Assembly: GCA_963701665.1 (NCBI GenBank) | Contig: OY969622.1 | Coordinates: 1,248,001-1,312,000 of the forward strand | Source of the DNA: Candidatus Babeliales bacterium | Lineage (GTDB): Bacteria; Babelota; Babeliae; Babelales; JANWKD01 | Direction of reading: 5' to 3' | Length of the DNA: 64,000 nucleotides | In this document: positions 1 to 9,848 of the stretch, one piece after another | Numbering within the stretch: position 1 is the first letter of the stretch | Layout of the letters: each line of letters begins with the position of its first letter | The notes under the pieces: generated by a model | Told to the model about the DNA's origin: nothing | The model's input: only the letters and a program-made list of their open reading frames with translations | Database searches by the model: none | Translations under genes and position numbers: made by a program

Positions 1-2505
1 GCGCAACAGCATGAAAATCCAACATTAACGCCGCTCCACACGCTCGCGGCTGGCATTGAACAAGAATTTTGTCGCTCGGCATTGCAAGCGCTCAAAGTTC
101 CAGTCCTTGACTTACAAAAACTCGTTGCACAAGAAATTGAACGTTTGCCTAAAGTTCGTGGCGCTCAACTGGCACTTGATCGTGATATGCAATCATTTTT
201 CGCTGAACTTGAAAAAGAGATGCAAACATTGGGTGATACGTATATCAGCCTTGAACATTTTCTGCTGGTTTGGGCAACGACACCTTTGTTGCCTGAAAGC
301 GTGAAAGAATTTTTTAAACGCACAAAATTTACTCATGCTGCTATACTTGCTCATATGAAGGAGTTACGCAAAGGACAAACCGTGAAAGAAAAAAACGCCG
401 AATCGCAGTACCAAATTTTGGAAAAATATTGCCAAAATATAACAGCACAAGCTCGAGCGGGAAAACTTGATCCGGTGATTGGACGCCATGAAGAAATTCG
501 GCGTGTCATTCAAATTCTTTCACGACGCACTAAAAATAATCCGGTCCTCGTTGGCGAACCGGGTGTCGGTAAAACTGCCATTGTTGAGGGAATTGCGCAA
601 CGTATTGTTAATAATGATGTGCCAGAAAGTTTGCGCAACAAACAAATTTATGCACTCGACCTTGGTTTGTTAGTCGCGGGAACCAAATATCAAGGCGAAT
701 TTGAAGAGCGCTTAAAAGGCATTTTAAAAGAAATAGAAAGCCATCCTGATGATATCATTTTATTCATTGATGAATTGCACACGATCATTGGTGCGGGTGC
801 AGCAGGTGGTGGAACCCTCGATGCTTCTAATCTTTTAAAGCCGGCACTCGCACGCGGACAATTACATTGTGTCGGTGCAACCACGTTACAAGAATATAAA
901 AAATATATTGAAAAAGATGCGGCACTCGAGCGCCGTTTTCAAAGAGTACTCGTTGAAGAACCCTCGATTGAAGATACCGTTTCAATTTTGCGCGGGTTAA
1001 AAGAACGGTATGAATTACATCACGGCATTCATATAAAAGACCAAGCACTCGTCGATGCAGCGTTGCTCGCGGCAAAATATATTCCCGATCGTTTTTTACC
1101 TGATAAAGCGATCGACTTGGTTGACGAGGCTGCTGCCATGGTAAAAATGTCGATTGATTCACAACCTGCTGAACTTGATCAACTTGAGCGCAAAATTAGA
1201 CAATTAGAGATTGAAAAAGTTGCATTGCAAAAAGAAAAAGGTGATGGCGTTTCAGCAACACGCCTTGAACAACTTGATAAGGAACTTGCTGAATTAAAAG
1301 AACGTAATCTCACGTTGCTCAATCAATGGAAAGCAGAAAAAGCCCCGCTTGAAAAAATTACGGCGATCAAAGAAAAAATTGAAGCAGCCCACGTTGCGTA
1401 TCAACAAGCTGAGCGTGAAGGCAATTTTGCCAAAGCATCAGAAATAAAATATGGGACCATGGTCAAACTGGAGCAAGAACTTACAAAAGAAGAAGAGAAG
1501 CTCAAAAATTTACCTACGCACATGATTAAACAATATGTTGATGAGCATGATATTGCAAAAGTTTTATCGCGTTGGACGGGCATTCCTGCTGAAAAATTAG
1601 AGGCCAAAGAAAAAGAAAAACTGCTGTCGATGGAATCTATTCTCCAAAAGCATGTCATTGGCCAAGAAGAAGCATTACGCGTCATTACGCACGCCATTCA
1701 GATGCATCGCACGGGATTAACAGATCCTCATCGGCCGATTGGTTCATTTTTATTTTTAGGCCCCACCGGCGTTGGTAAAACAGAAGTTGCTAAAGCACTC
1801 GCAGAATTTTTATTCAATGATCCTAAAAAGCTCATTCGCATCGATATGTCAGAATATATGGAAAAGCACGCAGTCGCTCGTTTGATTGGCGCGCCGCCCG
1901 GCTATATTGGCTATGAAGAAGGCGGTCAACTTACTGAGCAAGTGCGCCAACACCCTTATAGCATTGTATTATTTGATGAAATTGAAAAAGCACACCCGGA
2001 TGTTTTCAATATTTTCTTACAAATCCTTGATGAAGGCCACCTGACTGACAGTCAAGGCAGAACGGTGTCATTCAAAAATTGTGTCATCATTATGACGTCC
2101 AATATTGGGTCAGATATTATTTTACAAGCTGATGAGATCACCGCAACAATAAAAAAATCTGTCGAAACTTTGTTACAACAACGATTCAAGCCAGAATTTC
2201 TTAATCGCATTGATTCAATAGTATTCTTTAAACGGCTTACTGATGCTGATGTTGAAAAAATCGCACAGCTTCAAATACACGATCTTGAAAAACGGTTAGC
2301 AGAAAAAAATATTTCACTTGAAATCACTCAAGATGCGCTCAAAGAACTTGCCAATCAAGGATATACCAAAGAATATGGGGCACGTCCACTTAAGCGTACC
2401 ATTCAACGCAATGTGATTGTCCCTATTTCACAATATCTCCTTGCACATCCTGATGCAAAAAAAGTAAAAATTGTGTTACGCAAAGGCTCATTCGTTGTTG
2501 AATAA
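1..2505 (+). CDS. clpB: ATP-dependent chaperone ClpB (5' truncated by window edge)
   Basis: Frame open from base 1; two AAA+ modules ([16 protein letters not shown]), long coiled-coil middle domain, RIDMSEY and GARPLKR motifs. Confidence 0.95.
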   Translation, partial: AQQHENPTLTPLHTLAAGIEQEFCRSALQALKVPVLDLQKLVAQEIERLPKVRGAQLALDRDMQSFFAELEKEMQTLGDTYISLEHFLLVWATTPLLPESVKEFFKRTKFTHAAILAHMKELRKGQTVKEKNAESQYQILEKYCQNITAQARAGKLDPVIGRHEEIRRVIQILSRRTKNNPVLVGEPGVGKTAIVEGIAQRIVNNDVPESLRNKQIYALDLGLLVAGTKYQGEFEERLKGILKEIESHPDDIILFIDELHTIIGAGAAGGGTLDASNLLKPALARGQLHCVGATTLQEYKKYIEKDAALERRFQRVLVEEPSIEDTVSILRGLKERYELHHGIHIKDQALVDAALLAAKYIPDRFLPDKAIDLVDEAAAMVKMSIDSQPAELDQLERKIRQLEIEKVALQKEKGDGVSATRLEQLDKELAELKERNLTLLNQWKAEKAPLEKITAIKEKIEAAHVAYQQAEREGNFAKASEIKYGTMVKLEQELTKEEEKLKNLPTHMIKQYVDEHDIAKVLSRWTGIPAEKLEAKEKEKLLSMESILQKHVIGQEEALRVITHAIQMHRTGLTDPHRPIGSFLFLGPTGVGKTEVAKALAEFLFNDPKKLIRIDMSEYMEKHAVARLIGAPPGYIGYEEGGQLTEQVRQHPYSIVLFDEIEKAHPDVFNIFLQILDEGHLTDSQGRTVSFKNCVIIMTSNIGSDIILQADEITATIKKSVETLLQQRFKPEFLNRIDSIVFFKRLTDADVEKIAQLQIHDLEKRLAEKNISLEITQDALKELANQGYTKEYGARPLKRTIQRNVIVPISQYLLAHPDAKKVKIVLRKGSFVVE

Positions 2506-2579
2506 CAAAAAATCTAGTAAAAAACCATAAAAACGTTACGCTAAAGGGCAGAATTTAATTTTTTAATAGGAGCTCGATC

Positions 2580-3626
2580 ATGAATCGTATGCATCAAAAA
2601 TTGTTTTTACTCGGTATAATTAGTTTTTCATCCATCGCACACCTCAATGCAGGCACTTGTGGTGATTTTTTAGACGGTTTAATTGGTGCTATCCTTATTG
2701 CAGGGCGAGAACAGGAACGGGCCGAAAGAAAAGAGCTTGAAAGGTTAAAACAACAACAGGAAGATGACCGCAGACGCTTAGAACAGCTTCAAAAAAATCC
2801 TGCAAATACTATAAATCCCAAAGAAAAAATGAAATTGGATTTACATGCTTCATTGGACAACAGATTAAAACAAGTCACTGATATTGATCAACAATCTGAC
2901 ACTGATAAATTAGCGCTATGGAAAAAAAAGCAGGAGATCGTTGAGAATGCCATGAAGCAAGGATTTTCTTCATTCCATTTTGCAGAAAAATATGCCTTGG
3001 ACTCTCTGCCTGGAGGTATTCTAGAAGTTTTAAGAACAAAAGCTAAAACTTTAGCCGAAAAGAAACAATCGAATAATGATTTTTTGAAGCTCATTGATAA
3101 AACAGTAACAGAGGCAGTGGCCGGAACTCTTTCCAATGGAGGATCAGTTGGTGGTCTATTCAAACAACTAGAAAATAACATTGAATCGTCTCGTGCTCAC
3201 TACTTCAATCAGCGCCCTCAATCACAACCGGCACAAAGACCTGCTGCGACATTCACACCTGCGCCACAACCACAAACACCGTCACTGTATCCTGATATTG
3301 GACAAGTGCAAGCTGAGCTTGATCCAAACAACGTTCAAGAAATTTTTCCACGAAATGATACGTCAAAAAATCTTGAAGAATTTAAGAATAAAACTCGCGA
3401 TAAGAAAATTTATCCCCTCGACAACTGTGCCTACTCATGTTTCGAAAAGTTTTCCGATTTAAAAAAACGAGTGACATTGCGCTGTGGCCATCAAATGTGC
3501 CCGCAATGTCTTTATAACTGGATTTTCACTAAAAACCGACAAAAACAAACTCCGACATGTCCAGAGTGTCGACACCCAATAGAAGAAAAAGATTTTAACG
3601 CAGATTATGTAAGCTCAAAATTGTAA
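2580..3626 (+). CDS. Secreted protein with C-terminal C3HC4 RING finger (putative E3 ligase effector)
   Basis: Signal-peptide-like N-terminus; CAYSC...CGHQMCPQC...CPECR at C-terminus. Confidence 0.8.
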   Translation: MNRMHQKLFLLGIISFSSIAHLNAGTCGDFLDGLIGAILIAGREQERAERKELERLKQQQEDDRRRLEQLQKNPANTINPKEKMKLDLHASLDNRLKQVTDIDQQSDTDKLALWKKKQEIVENAMKQGFSSFHFAEKYALDSLPGGILEVLRTKAKTLAEKKQSNNDFLKLIDKTVTEAVAGTLSNGGSVGGLFKQLENNIESSRAHYFNQRPQSQPAQRPAATFTPAPQPQTPSLYPDIGQVQAELDPNNVQEIFPRNDTSKNLEEFKNKTRDKKIYPLDNCAYSCFEKFSDLKKRVTLRCGHQMCPQCLYNWIFTKNRQKQTPTCPECRHPIEEKDFNADYVSSKL

Positions 3627-3680
3627 ATTTTTTATATGTGGCCTGTTGAAAAACAGGCCATCATAGTCTTTTTGAAAAAA

Positions 3681-4355
3681 ATGCGCCTTTTTAAACAACA
3701 AGCCTATTCAGGATTGATAATTTTTTTTCTCGTCTTTACATCGTTCAGTATGGAGTATTGTGAAGATGTGCATTCACTTAAAGCTCTTTATTACGCTAAC
3801 TGCTATGAACCTATCAAAGATTCTCCTAGCAAGATAGATGTAACAAAAATGTTTTCTAAAGATGTAACCACAATAACCGATGATGAATCCTATATCGAGG
3901 CCTATGAACTTTATTGGCGGATCAATGAATCAATAGAGGATAAAATCGGGCGCAATATTTTTATGTCATTTGTTTTTTCTCACTTTAGTAATTGTTTACA
4001 GTTTCCCATTTGCCCTCAACATCCAAGCTGTAAGTTGCGCAAATACTGTTCTCTTTTTACCCATATAAAAAAAAAACATTGTAAAGAGGTACATGGCAAA
4101 AAAGTCTTTCCTTGTTTTTTTTATGGCGAATGCGATGTTACGCGCGAAACGCCTTCGGCATTAGCACATCACCTTCAGCATGACCATGATGCGTTCAAAA
4201 TTTGTTGCGACTATGTATGGGAAAATGACGATTATGAAAAACATGCAAACGAGTGCTCTAAAGGACCTCTCCGACCGAGAATCCTTTCATCATCGACAAA
4301 TTTGAAAAAATCTGTATCATTGAAAGTGAAATGTCTTACTATGGAGGATTCATAA
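3681..4355 (+). CDS. Putative secreted protein with C2H2-like zinc fingers (alternative start 3636)
   Basis: Hydrophobic leader; CPQHPSC...HIKKKH, CFFYGEC...HLQHDH, CC...HANEC. Confidence 0.6.
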   Translation: MRLFKQQAYSGLIIFFLVFTSFSMEYCEDVHSLKALYYANCYEPIKDSPSKIDVTKMFSKDVTTITDDESYIEAYELYWRINESIEDKIGRNIFMSFVFSHFSNCLQFPICPQHPSCKLRKYCSLFTHIKKKHCKEVHGKKVFPCFFYGECDVTRETPSALAHHLQHDHDAFKICCDYVWENDDYEKHANECSKGPLRPRILSSSTNLKKSVSLKVKCLTMEDS

Positions 4356-4942
4356 TGACACATTCTTTCAAGAAATACCTTTTCTTAAGTCTTATTTGTA
4401 TTTTTTCTTACACACACCTGCATTCTGCGTGGTGGTTTTATTCTTCTCATGAGTTAACACAACCATATCTTCCCTCGATTACAACTGCACTCGACAGAGA
4501 ATTTGACCGTATTTTAGTACCTTCTGAGCAGACAAAACTACTTGGTAAAGCTATCAAGAAACTCAAAGAAGAAAGAATACCTCAGATTTTACAAGAAGCA
4601 GAACATGAACACGCGTCTCAGGCATTCATACATACCGCTCAATTATTTCAATATTCTTTTGGCTTAGTTCGTGCTGCATGCCTTGATTTCTTTGCGCAAA
4701 TTGTCCATGATCGCTGCACAGAATCAATGTTCAAAAACCCGCCCTGCAGCCCTGATTTTATGTCACCGGAAAGCATAAGGGAAGGTGTTGTAAGCTATCT
4801 TTATGATAAAGCAGTTACAACTCTAACAAGCTCAAAAAAAGCATCATTAAAAGAGCTGTTAGCAAACTTGGATGATGAAATTGCCTATGCCATTCGCCTA
4901 GCAATTCGTTTTGGATCACCACCGTTTTCGGCTCACTGGTAG
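4355..4942 (+). CDS. Hypothetical secreted protein
   Basis: GGAGG RBS before ATG 4355, which overlaps the upstream stop; signal-peptide-like N-terminus. Confidence 0.65.
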   Translation: MTHSFKKYLFLSLICIFSYTHLHSAWWFYSSHELTQPYLPSITTALDREFDRILVPSEQTKLLGKAIKKLKEERIPQILQEAEHEHASQAFIHTAQLFQYSFGLVRAACLDFFAQIVHDRCTESMFKNPPCSPDFMSPESIREGVVSYLYDKAVTTLTSSKKASLKELLANLDDEIAYAIRLAIRFGSPPFSAHW

Positions 4943-4945
4943 CTA

Positions 4946-5511
4946 TTAAACAACACACGGCTTAAAAGCCGTGGATTTAGAAGCACGAGATGAAAGCTTT
5001 TTATTGATTTCTAACATAATTGAGAATTGTCTCTTCCGAACAATGTCCAAATGTTTCGGAGAAATATCCATCCGCCCAAAAATCATTACCCCACAAAAAT
5101 TTCTTTATTTCAGGCAATTCAGTTCTAAGCATTTTACTTGAAATGCCTTTGAGTAGTTGAACGGCCTTGCTCACACTTATACTTGGTGGTAACTGTATTA
5201 CAAGATGTACATGGTCTATCTGAATATTTAATTCCTGAATTTCCCATGCATTAATTTCTGCACATTCTCGCAAGAGTTCTCCTAACCTACTCTTAACGTT
5301 TCCTTCTAATACTTTTTTTCTATATTTCGGTAACCAAACTATATGATACATGTGCCTATGTGTTGTATGCGCTCCGTGCCAATATTTCTTTGCCATACCA
5401 TTAGTATGACAAAACGAACCTCGCTTCGCAAAAATTTACATTTTTGCTTTACTCGCGCATTTGATGACATTCATCCCCAGGTTTAAAACCCTGGGGTTTT
5501 CTGTCATGGAA
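4946..5511 (-). mobile_element. IS200/IS605-family element (tnpA only), copy 1 of 3 tandem
   Basis: 566-bp unit with subterminal hairpins CACGGCTTAAAAGCCGTG and CCCCAGGTTTAAAACCCTGGGG. Confidence 0.9.
5001..5396 (-). CDS. tnpA: IS200/IS605 Y1 HUH transposase
   Basis: YHIVWLPKYR, HUH motif DHVHL, FWADGYF, catalytic Tyr in YVRNQ. Confidence 0.95.
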   Translation of the reverse strand: MAKKYWHGAHTTHRHMYHIVWLPKYRKKVLEGNVKSRLGELLRECAEINAWEIQELNIQIDHVHLVIQLPPSISVSKAVQLLKGISSKMLRTELPEIKKFLWGNDFWADGYFSETFGHCSEETILNYVRNQ

Positions 5512-6077
5512 TTAAACAACACACGGCTTAAAAGCCGTGGATTTAGAAGCACGAGATGAAAGCTTTTTATTGATTTCTAACATAATTGAGAATTGTCTCT
5601 TCCGAACAATGTCCAAATGTTTCGGAGAAATATCCATCCGCCCAAAAATCATTACCCCACAAAAATTTCTTTATTTCAGGCAATTCAGTTCTAAGCATTT
5701 TACTTGAAATGCCTTTGAGTAGTTGAACGGCCTTGCTCACACTTATACTTGGTGGTAACTGTATTACAAGATGTACATGGTCTATCTGAATATTTAATTC
5801 CTGAATTTCCCATGCATTAATTTCTGCACATTCTCGCAAGAGTTCTCCTAACCTACTCTTAACGTTTCCTTCTAATACTTTTTTTCTATATTTCGGTAAC
5901 CAAACTATATGATACATGTGCCTATGTGTTGTATGCGCTCCGTGCCAATATTTCTTTGCCATACCATTAGTATGACAAAACGAACCTCGCTTCGCAAAAA
6001 TTTACATTTTTGCTTTACTCGCGCATTTGATGACATTCATCCCCAGGTTTAAAACCCTGGGGTTTTCTGTCATGGAA
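5512..6077 (-). mobile_element. IS200/IS605-family element, copy 2 of 3
   Basis: Same 566-bp unit. Confidence 0.9.
5567..5962 (-). CDS. tnpA: IS200/IS605 Y1 HUH transposase
   Basis: Protein identical to 5001..5396. Confidence 0.95.
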   Translation of the reverse strand: MAKKYWHGAHTTHRHMYHIVWLPKYRKKVLEGNVKSRLGELLRECAEINAWEIQELNIQIDHVHLVIQLPPSISVSKAVQLLKGISSKMLRTELPEIKKFLWGNDFWADGYFSETFGHCSEETILNYVRNQ

Positions 6078-6643
6078 TTAAACAACACACGGCTTAAAAG
6101 CCGTGGATTTAGAAGCACGAGATGAAAGCTTTTTATTGATTTCTAACATAATTGAGAATTGTCTCTTCCGAACAATGTCCAAATGTTTCGGAGAAATATC
6201 CATCCGCCCAAAAATCATTACCCCACAAAAATTTCTTTATTTCAGGCAATTCAGTTCTAAGCATTTTACTTGAAATGCCTTTGAGTAGTTGAACGGCCTT
6301 GCTCACACTTATACTTGGTGGTAACTGTATTACAAGATGTACATGGTCTATCTGAATATTTAATTCCTGAATTTCCCATGCATTAATTTCTGCACATTCT
6401 CGCAAGAGTTCTCCTAACCTACTCTTAACGTTTCCTTCTAATACTTTTTTTCTATATTTCGGTAACCAAACTATATGATACATGTGCCTATGTGTTGTAT
6501 GCGCTCCGTGCCAATATTTCTTTGCCATACCATTAGTATGACAAAACGAACCTCGCTTCGCAAAAATTTACATTTTTGCTTTACTCGCGCATTTGATGAC
6601 ATTCATCCCCAGGTTTAAAACCCTGGGGTTTTCTGTCATGGAA
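6078..6643 (-). mobile_element. IS200/IS605-family element, copy 3 of 3
   Basis: Same 566-bp unit; TTTAT on the minus strand abuts the left end. Confidence 0.9.
6133..6528 (-). CDS. tnpA: IS200/IS605 Y1 HUH transposase
   Basis: Protein identical to 5001..5396. Confidence 0.95.
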   Translation of the reverse strand: MAKKYWHGAHTTHRHMYHIVWLPKYRKKVLEGNVKSRLGELLRECAEINAWEIQELNIQIDHVHLVIQLPPSISVSKAVQLLKGISSKMLRTELPEIKKFLWGNDFWADGYFSETFGHCSEETILNYVRNQ

Positions 6644-6650
6644 ATAAAAT

Positions 6651-6683
6651 AAAAATGCGGAGCCTTAAAAACTCCGCATTTTT
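6651..6683. terminator. Intrinsic terminator-like hairpin
   Basis: AAAAATGCGGAG-loop-CTCCGCATTTTT. Confidence 0.75.
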
Positions 6684-6710
6684 GACAAATATTCAATAAA
6701 TAACTATATT
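6682..6710 (+). promoter_or_regulatory. Sigma70-type promoter for the EamA gene
   Basis: TTGACA-17 bp-TATATT. Confidence 0.6.
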
Positions 6711-6742
6711 AGCGTAATGGACATCCTAAAAAGAAGAGAACA

Positions 6743-7654
6743 ATGTATTTATTGGTTATTTTATATGCACTCTTGGCCGGCACTTTTTCTCTCGGAAAAG
6801 TTTTATTAAGCTATACACAGCCAATTTTTTTGGTAGGCACGCGCATGACCTTGGCGGGTGGCATCTTGCTGCTCTATCACGCGTTCAATTCTACATCACG
6901 CGTGCGTTTGCAAAAAGATCATATATGGTTCTTTGTACAATCAACCTTATTTACTATTTATATTCCCTATATTTTCCGCTATTGGGGCCTTGTGTATCTT
7001 TCTTCAAGCAAAGCGTGCCTTCTTTATAATTTTGGGCCTTTTATCTCATACACACTATCATATCTTTTATGTGGCGAAAAAATTACGCTAAAAAAATGTC
7101 TTGGACTCGTCATAGGTTTTTGTGGGCTGTTACCTATTATTGGCAAATCATCCCAAGCAACATTGGCTCATGTGCCCTTTTTGTTGCCGGAATGTGCACT
7201 TCTCATTTCTGTAAGCTCTATGAGTTATGGCTGGCTAATTATTCATCGCATGATCAATCAGCATGGCTATGCACCAAGTTTTGTAAATGGCATCAGCATG
7301 TTTTTTGGCGGCTTGTTAGCATTTTTAACGGCACTCGTAATAGAACCGCCTGAAGCATTTATCACTGATCTCGTACCATTTTTATGCTTGCTAAGCATCA
7401 TCGTTATAATAAGCAATTTAATCTGCCACAATCTTTATGGATATTTGCTCAAACGTTTTACGCCGACCATGATGTCATTTGCCGGCTCAATGTCACCATT
7501 ATTTGCCGCATTATACGGATGGTTTTTTATGGCAGAGCAATTAACGTTTGATTTTTTTATGGCGTTGATTACCGTATTTATTGGCTTATCGCTTTTTTAT
7601 CATGATGAATTAAGGCAAACGGATAAAGTAAAAAATACTCCCGCTACGCTTTAA
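6743..7654 (+). CDS. EamA/DMT family transporter
   Basis: About 10 TM segments in two repeats; GTRMTLAG and EKITLKKCLG-type motifs. Confidence 0.85.
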   Translation: MYLLVILYALLAGTFSLGKVLLSYTQPIFLVGTRMTLAGGILLLYHAFNSTSRVRLQKDHIWFFVQSTLFTIYIPYIFRYWGLVYLSSSKACLLYNFGPFISYTLSYLLCGEKITLKKCLGLVIGFCGLLPIIGKSSQATLAHVPFLLPECALLISVSSMSYGWLIIHRMINQHGYAPSFVNGISMFFGGLLAFLTALVIEPPEAFITDLVPFLCLLSIIVIISNLICHNLYGYLLKRFTPTMMSFAGSMSPLFAALYGWFFMAEQLTFDFFMALITVFIGLSLFYHDELRQTDKVKNTPATL

Positions 7655-9846
7655 CCATCCCAACCCCCACCAGATCCATCACCTGTTGAACTTCCACTTG
7701 AGGAACTTTGTGATGAGAGTTCATCAAAAAGTCGTTGCCGATATTGGGCGATTGTTTGCGTTGTTTCCATAACTAATGATATTTTTTTCTTTGCATTTTC
7801 ACGAGCAGTATCAACTGCGGCTTTAATGGTGGGATCCATTATTCTCGAATCATTTCTTGTTTGCATTGTTTGCGCATAGTCTCGCGAAACTTGGTCAAGA
7901 GGATGTACAACACCATCTTGATCTGGCACCCATAAAGCACTTTTAAATACTGCTATTCGATTTTCTAACAGCGCCTTTTTGTTAGTTACATCGATCAAAA
8001 TTTTCGCTAGCCCATCTTTTACTTCAGATGTTGGCGCACTTTCAAAGCTATGCACTGTTTTGCCATATGATTCGATAGATGCTTGAATAGTATCAAGCAT
8101 ATTCATGATTCGCTTCATTTGTTTCATTGCATCTCGAGATGGCGCTGTTGATGGATCATTAATAATTGCTAGAAAGTCACTCAGTTGTTTTTGGAAGTTT
8201 TTATAACTGCTTATAAATTCGTTCGGCGCCAGAATCTGGCCCGCTCTTTTATCAGAGAAAAGCGTAGCTTGTACATCTTGAATCTTGGTAGAAAGAGCAT
8301 CTAATTTTGCTTTTTGGGTGGCAACATTTTTATTGTCATTTACTATTTTTTCCCCTATAGTGCGCGGTTCTTTAAGCTCACGGTTGGTAATTATTTTAAA
8401 TTCATATGCTCCTTCTATAGGCTCCCATTTTTCAAGACCATCACGCACTTTTTTATAAAAATCATTTAAAAAACTTAGTTCAGCTGCAATCTTTGCTGTG
8501 CGTGGCGTTATTTTTTCTAGTTTTTCATAACGATCACCTACTGACTCAGCAATATCGTACAGAGCATTACTGACTTTTTGTGCGAACGAAAACATTTCAT
8601 CATCCGAAAGATTCTTAGAATTAACTAGTTCTTGCGGGTCAAAAGCATCAAATTTTGTAATATAATCATTGAATTGTTTATAATCAGGAAAATTCGAAAG
8701 AACACCCGCAAAGTTCGTTTTAAGTGTCGCCATGAGCGAATCAGCAACGTTACCAAATTTGGAAAACTCTTTTGCTGTCAAAAAGTCTTTTACATACGTA
8801 GTTTCATCTAATCCCACTTGTTTTGTTTCTGCCTCACTTCTCACAAATGGGCTCACATTAAAACCAAGCAACGTATCATTCATAAGTGTAACAATTTTAT
8901 TGATTGCCGCCTCACTATTAATGATAGGGGTAGTACTCGACAATCCTTTTAAATGTTCCTGCAATACTTCTAGATCAAAAGCACTCTTTACCAAAATATT
9001 TTCTAAGGCTTTTTTTTGAAGGTCAGTTTTTTCTTTTTTGGCTGCAGTATCACCACTCGCAATTTTTTTATTAAGTTGATCAAGTGATGTGATATAATTA
9101 TTTAGTTCGCTTACACTTTGTTGCACTTTATATAAATCTCGTTGCACCATCGAAGATTTTATAAGATAATCGCCCCAATTTTGTAAATTATTAATTTGCT
9201 TATCAATATCCCCAAGCGCATCATAAATATCATTTAAACGAGTGCGTGCTTCAATAACTTTGCGAGGATTAGCAAACAAAGGAAGCTCATTTATTTTTGC
9301 TTTAAATTCATTAAAAAATGCTTCTAATTTTTTTGAAAATCGCGATGAAACTGTCTTATCGGAATCAAGTTGGGTCTTTAAGTCTGGGCTTAAGTCGAAT
9401 TTAACCGTTGGGCCCTCGGGGTTAACATCTATTGGGGTACCACTTTGCGAAAGTTCGCGTTCCAGTTTAACAATTTTTTCTTTGAGCGCTGTTACTTCTG
9501 CTTCAGTTTGCCCTTCCTTTCTATTGAATGTCTCAGTTTCCCTAGGAAAATCTTTGCCAAAATCAACACTAAATTTGCGCAAATCATTTACTTGCGCATC
9601 AAGAAGCTCTTTTAATTTCTTCCCTTCTTTCACAACTTCTGTATCACGTTCGGTTTTATCAAGCTTTCTATCAGCTTCAATTTCTTCGATTTTTTGTCTC
9701 TCTGCCTTAATTTTAGTATCACGATTCTCGATTTTTGTACGCGCTTCACGCATATCTATCTCTTTACCAGGGCCTTCCATGCACCAAACATGCACAACAG
9801 GAAGTACGCATAACCCTAAAAAAATACTTACGCTTGCGAATTTCAT
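7651..9846 (-). CDS. Hypothetical secreted coiled-coil protein
   Basis: 731-aa ORF, signal peptide, charged helical body, Ser/Gly tail. Confidence 0.75.
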   Translation of the reverse strand: MKFASVSIFLGLCVLPVVHVWCMEGPGKEIDMREARTKIENRDTKIKAERQKIEEIEADRKLDKTERDTEVVKEGKKLKELLDAQVNDLRKFSVDFGKDFPRETETFNRKEGQTEAEVTALKEKIVKLERELSQSGTPIDVNPEGPTVKFDLSPDLKTQLDSDKTVSSRFSKKLEAFFNEFKAKINELPLFANPRKVIEARTRLNDIYDALGDIDKQINNLQNWGDYLIKSSMVQRDLYKVQQSVSELNNYITSLDQLNKKIASGDTAAKKEKTDLQKKALENILVKSAFDLEVLQEHLKGLSSTTPIINSEAAINKIVTLMNDTLLGFNVSPFVRSEAETKQVGLDETTYVKDFLTAKEFSKFGNVADSLMATLKTNFAGVLSNFPDYKQFNDYITKFDAFDPQELVNSKNLSDDEMFSFAQKVSNALYDIAESVGDRYEKLEKITPRTAKIAAELSFLNDFYKKVRDGLEKWEPIEGAYEFKIITNRELKEPRTIGEKIVNDNKNVATQKAKLDALSTKIQDVQATLFSDKRAGQILAPNEFISSYKNFQKQLSDFLAIINDPSTAPSRDAMKQMKRIMNMLDTIQASIESYGKTVHSFESAPTSEVKDGLAKILIDVTNKKALLENRIAVFKSALWVPDQDGVVHPLDQVSRDYAQTMQTRNDSRIMDPTIKAAVDTARENAKKKISLVMETTQTIAQYRQRLFDELSSQSSSSGSSTGDGSGGGWDG

Positions 9847-9848
9847 TC

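Noticed and set aside
4946..6643. CRISPR-like or satellite tandem array
   Set aside because: Units are complete 566-bp IS elements with no unique spacers
7651..7720. C-terminal GGGWDG as an Argonaute-hook GW motif
   Set aside because: A single GW in a low-complexity tail is insufficient evidence
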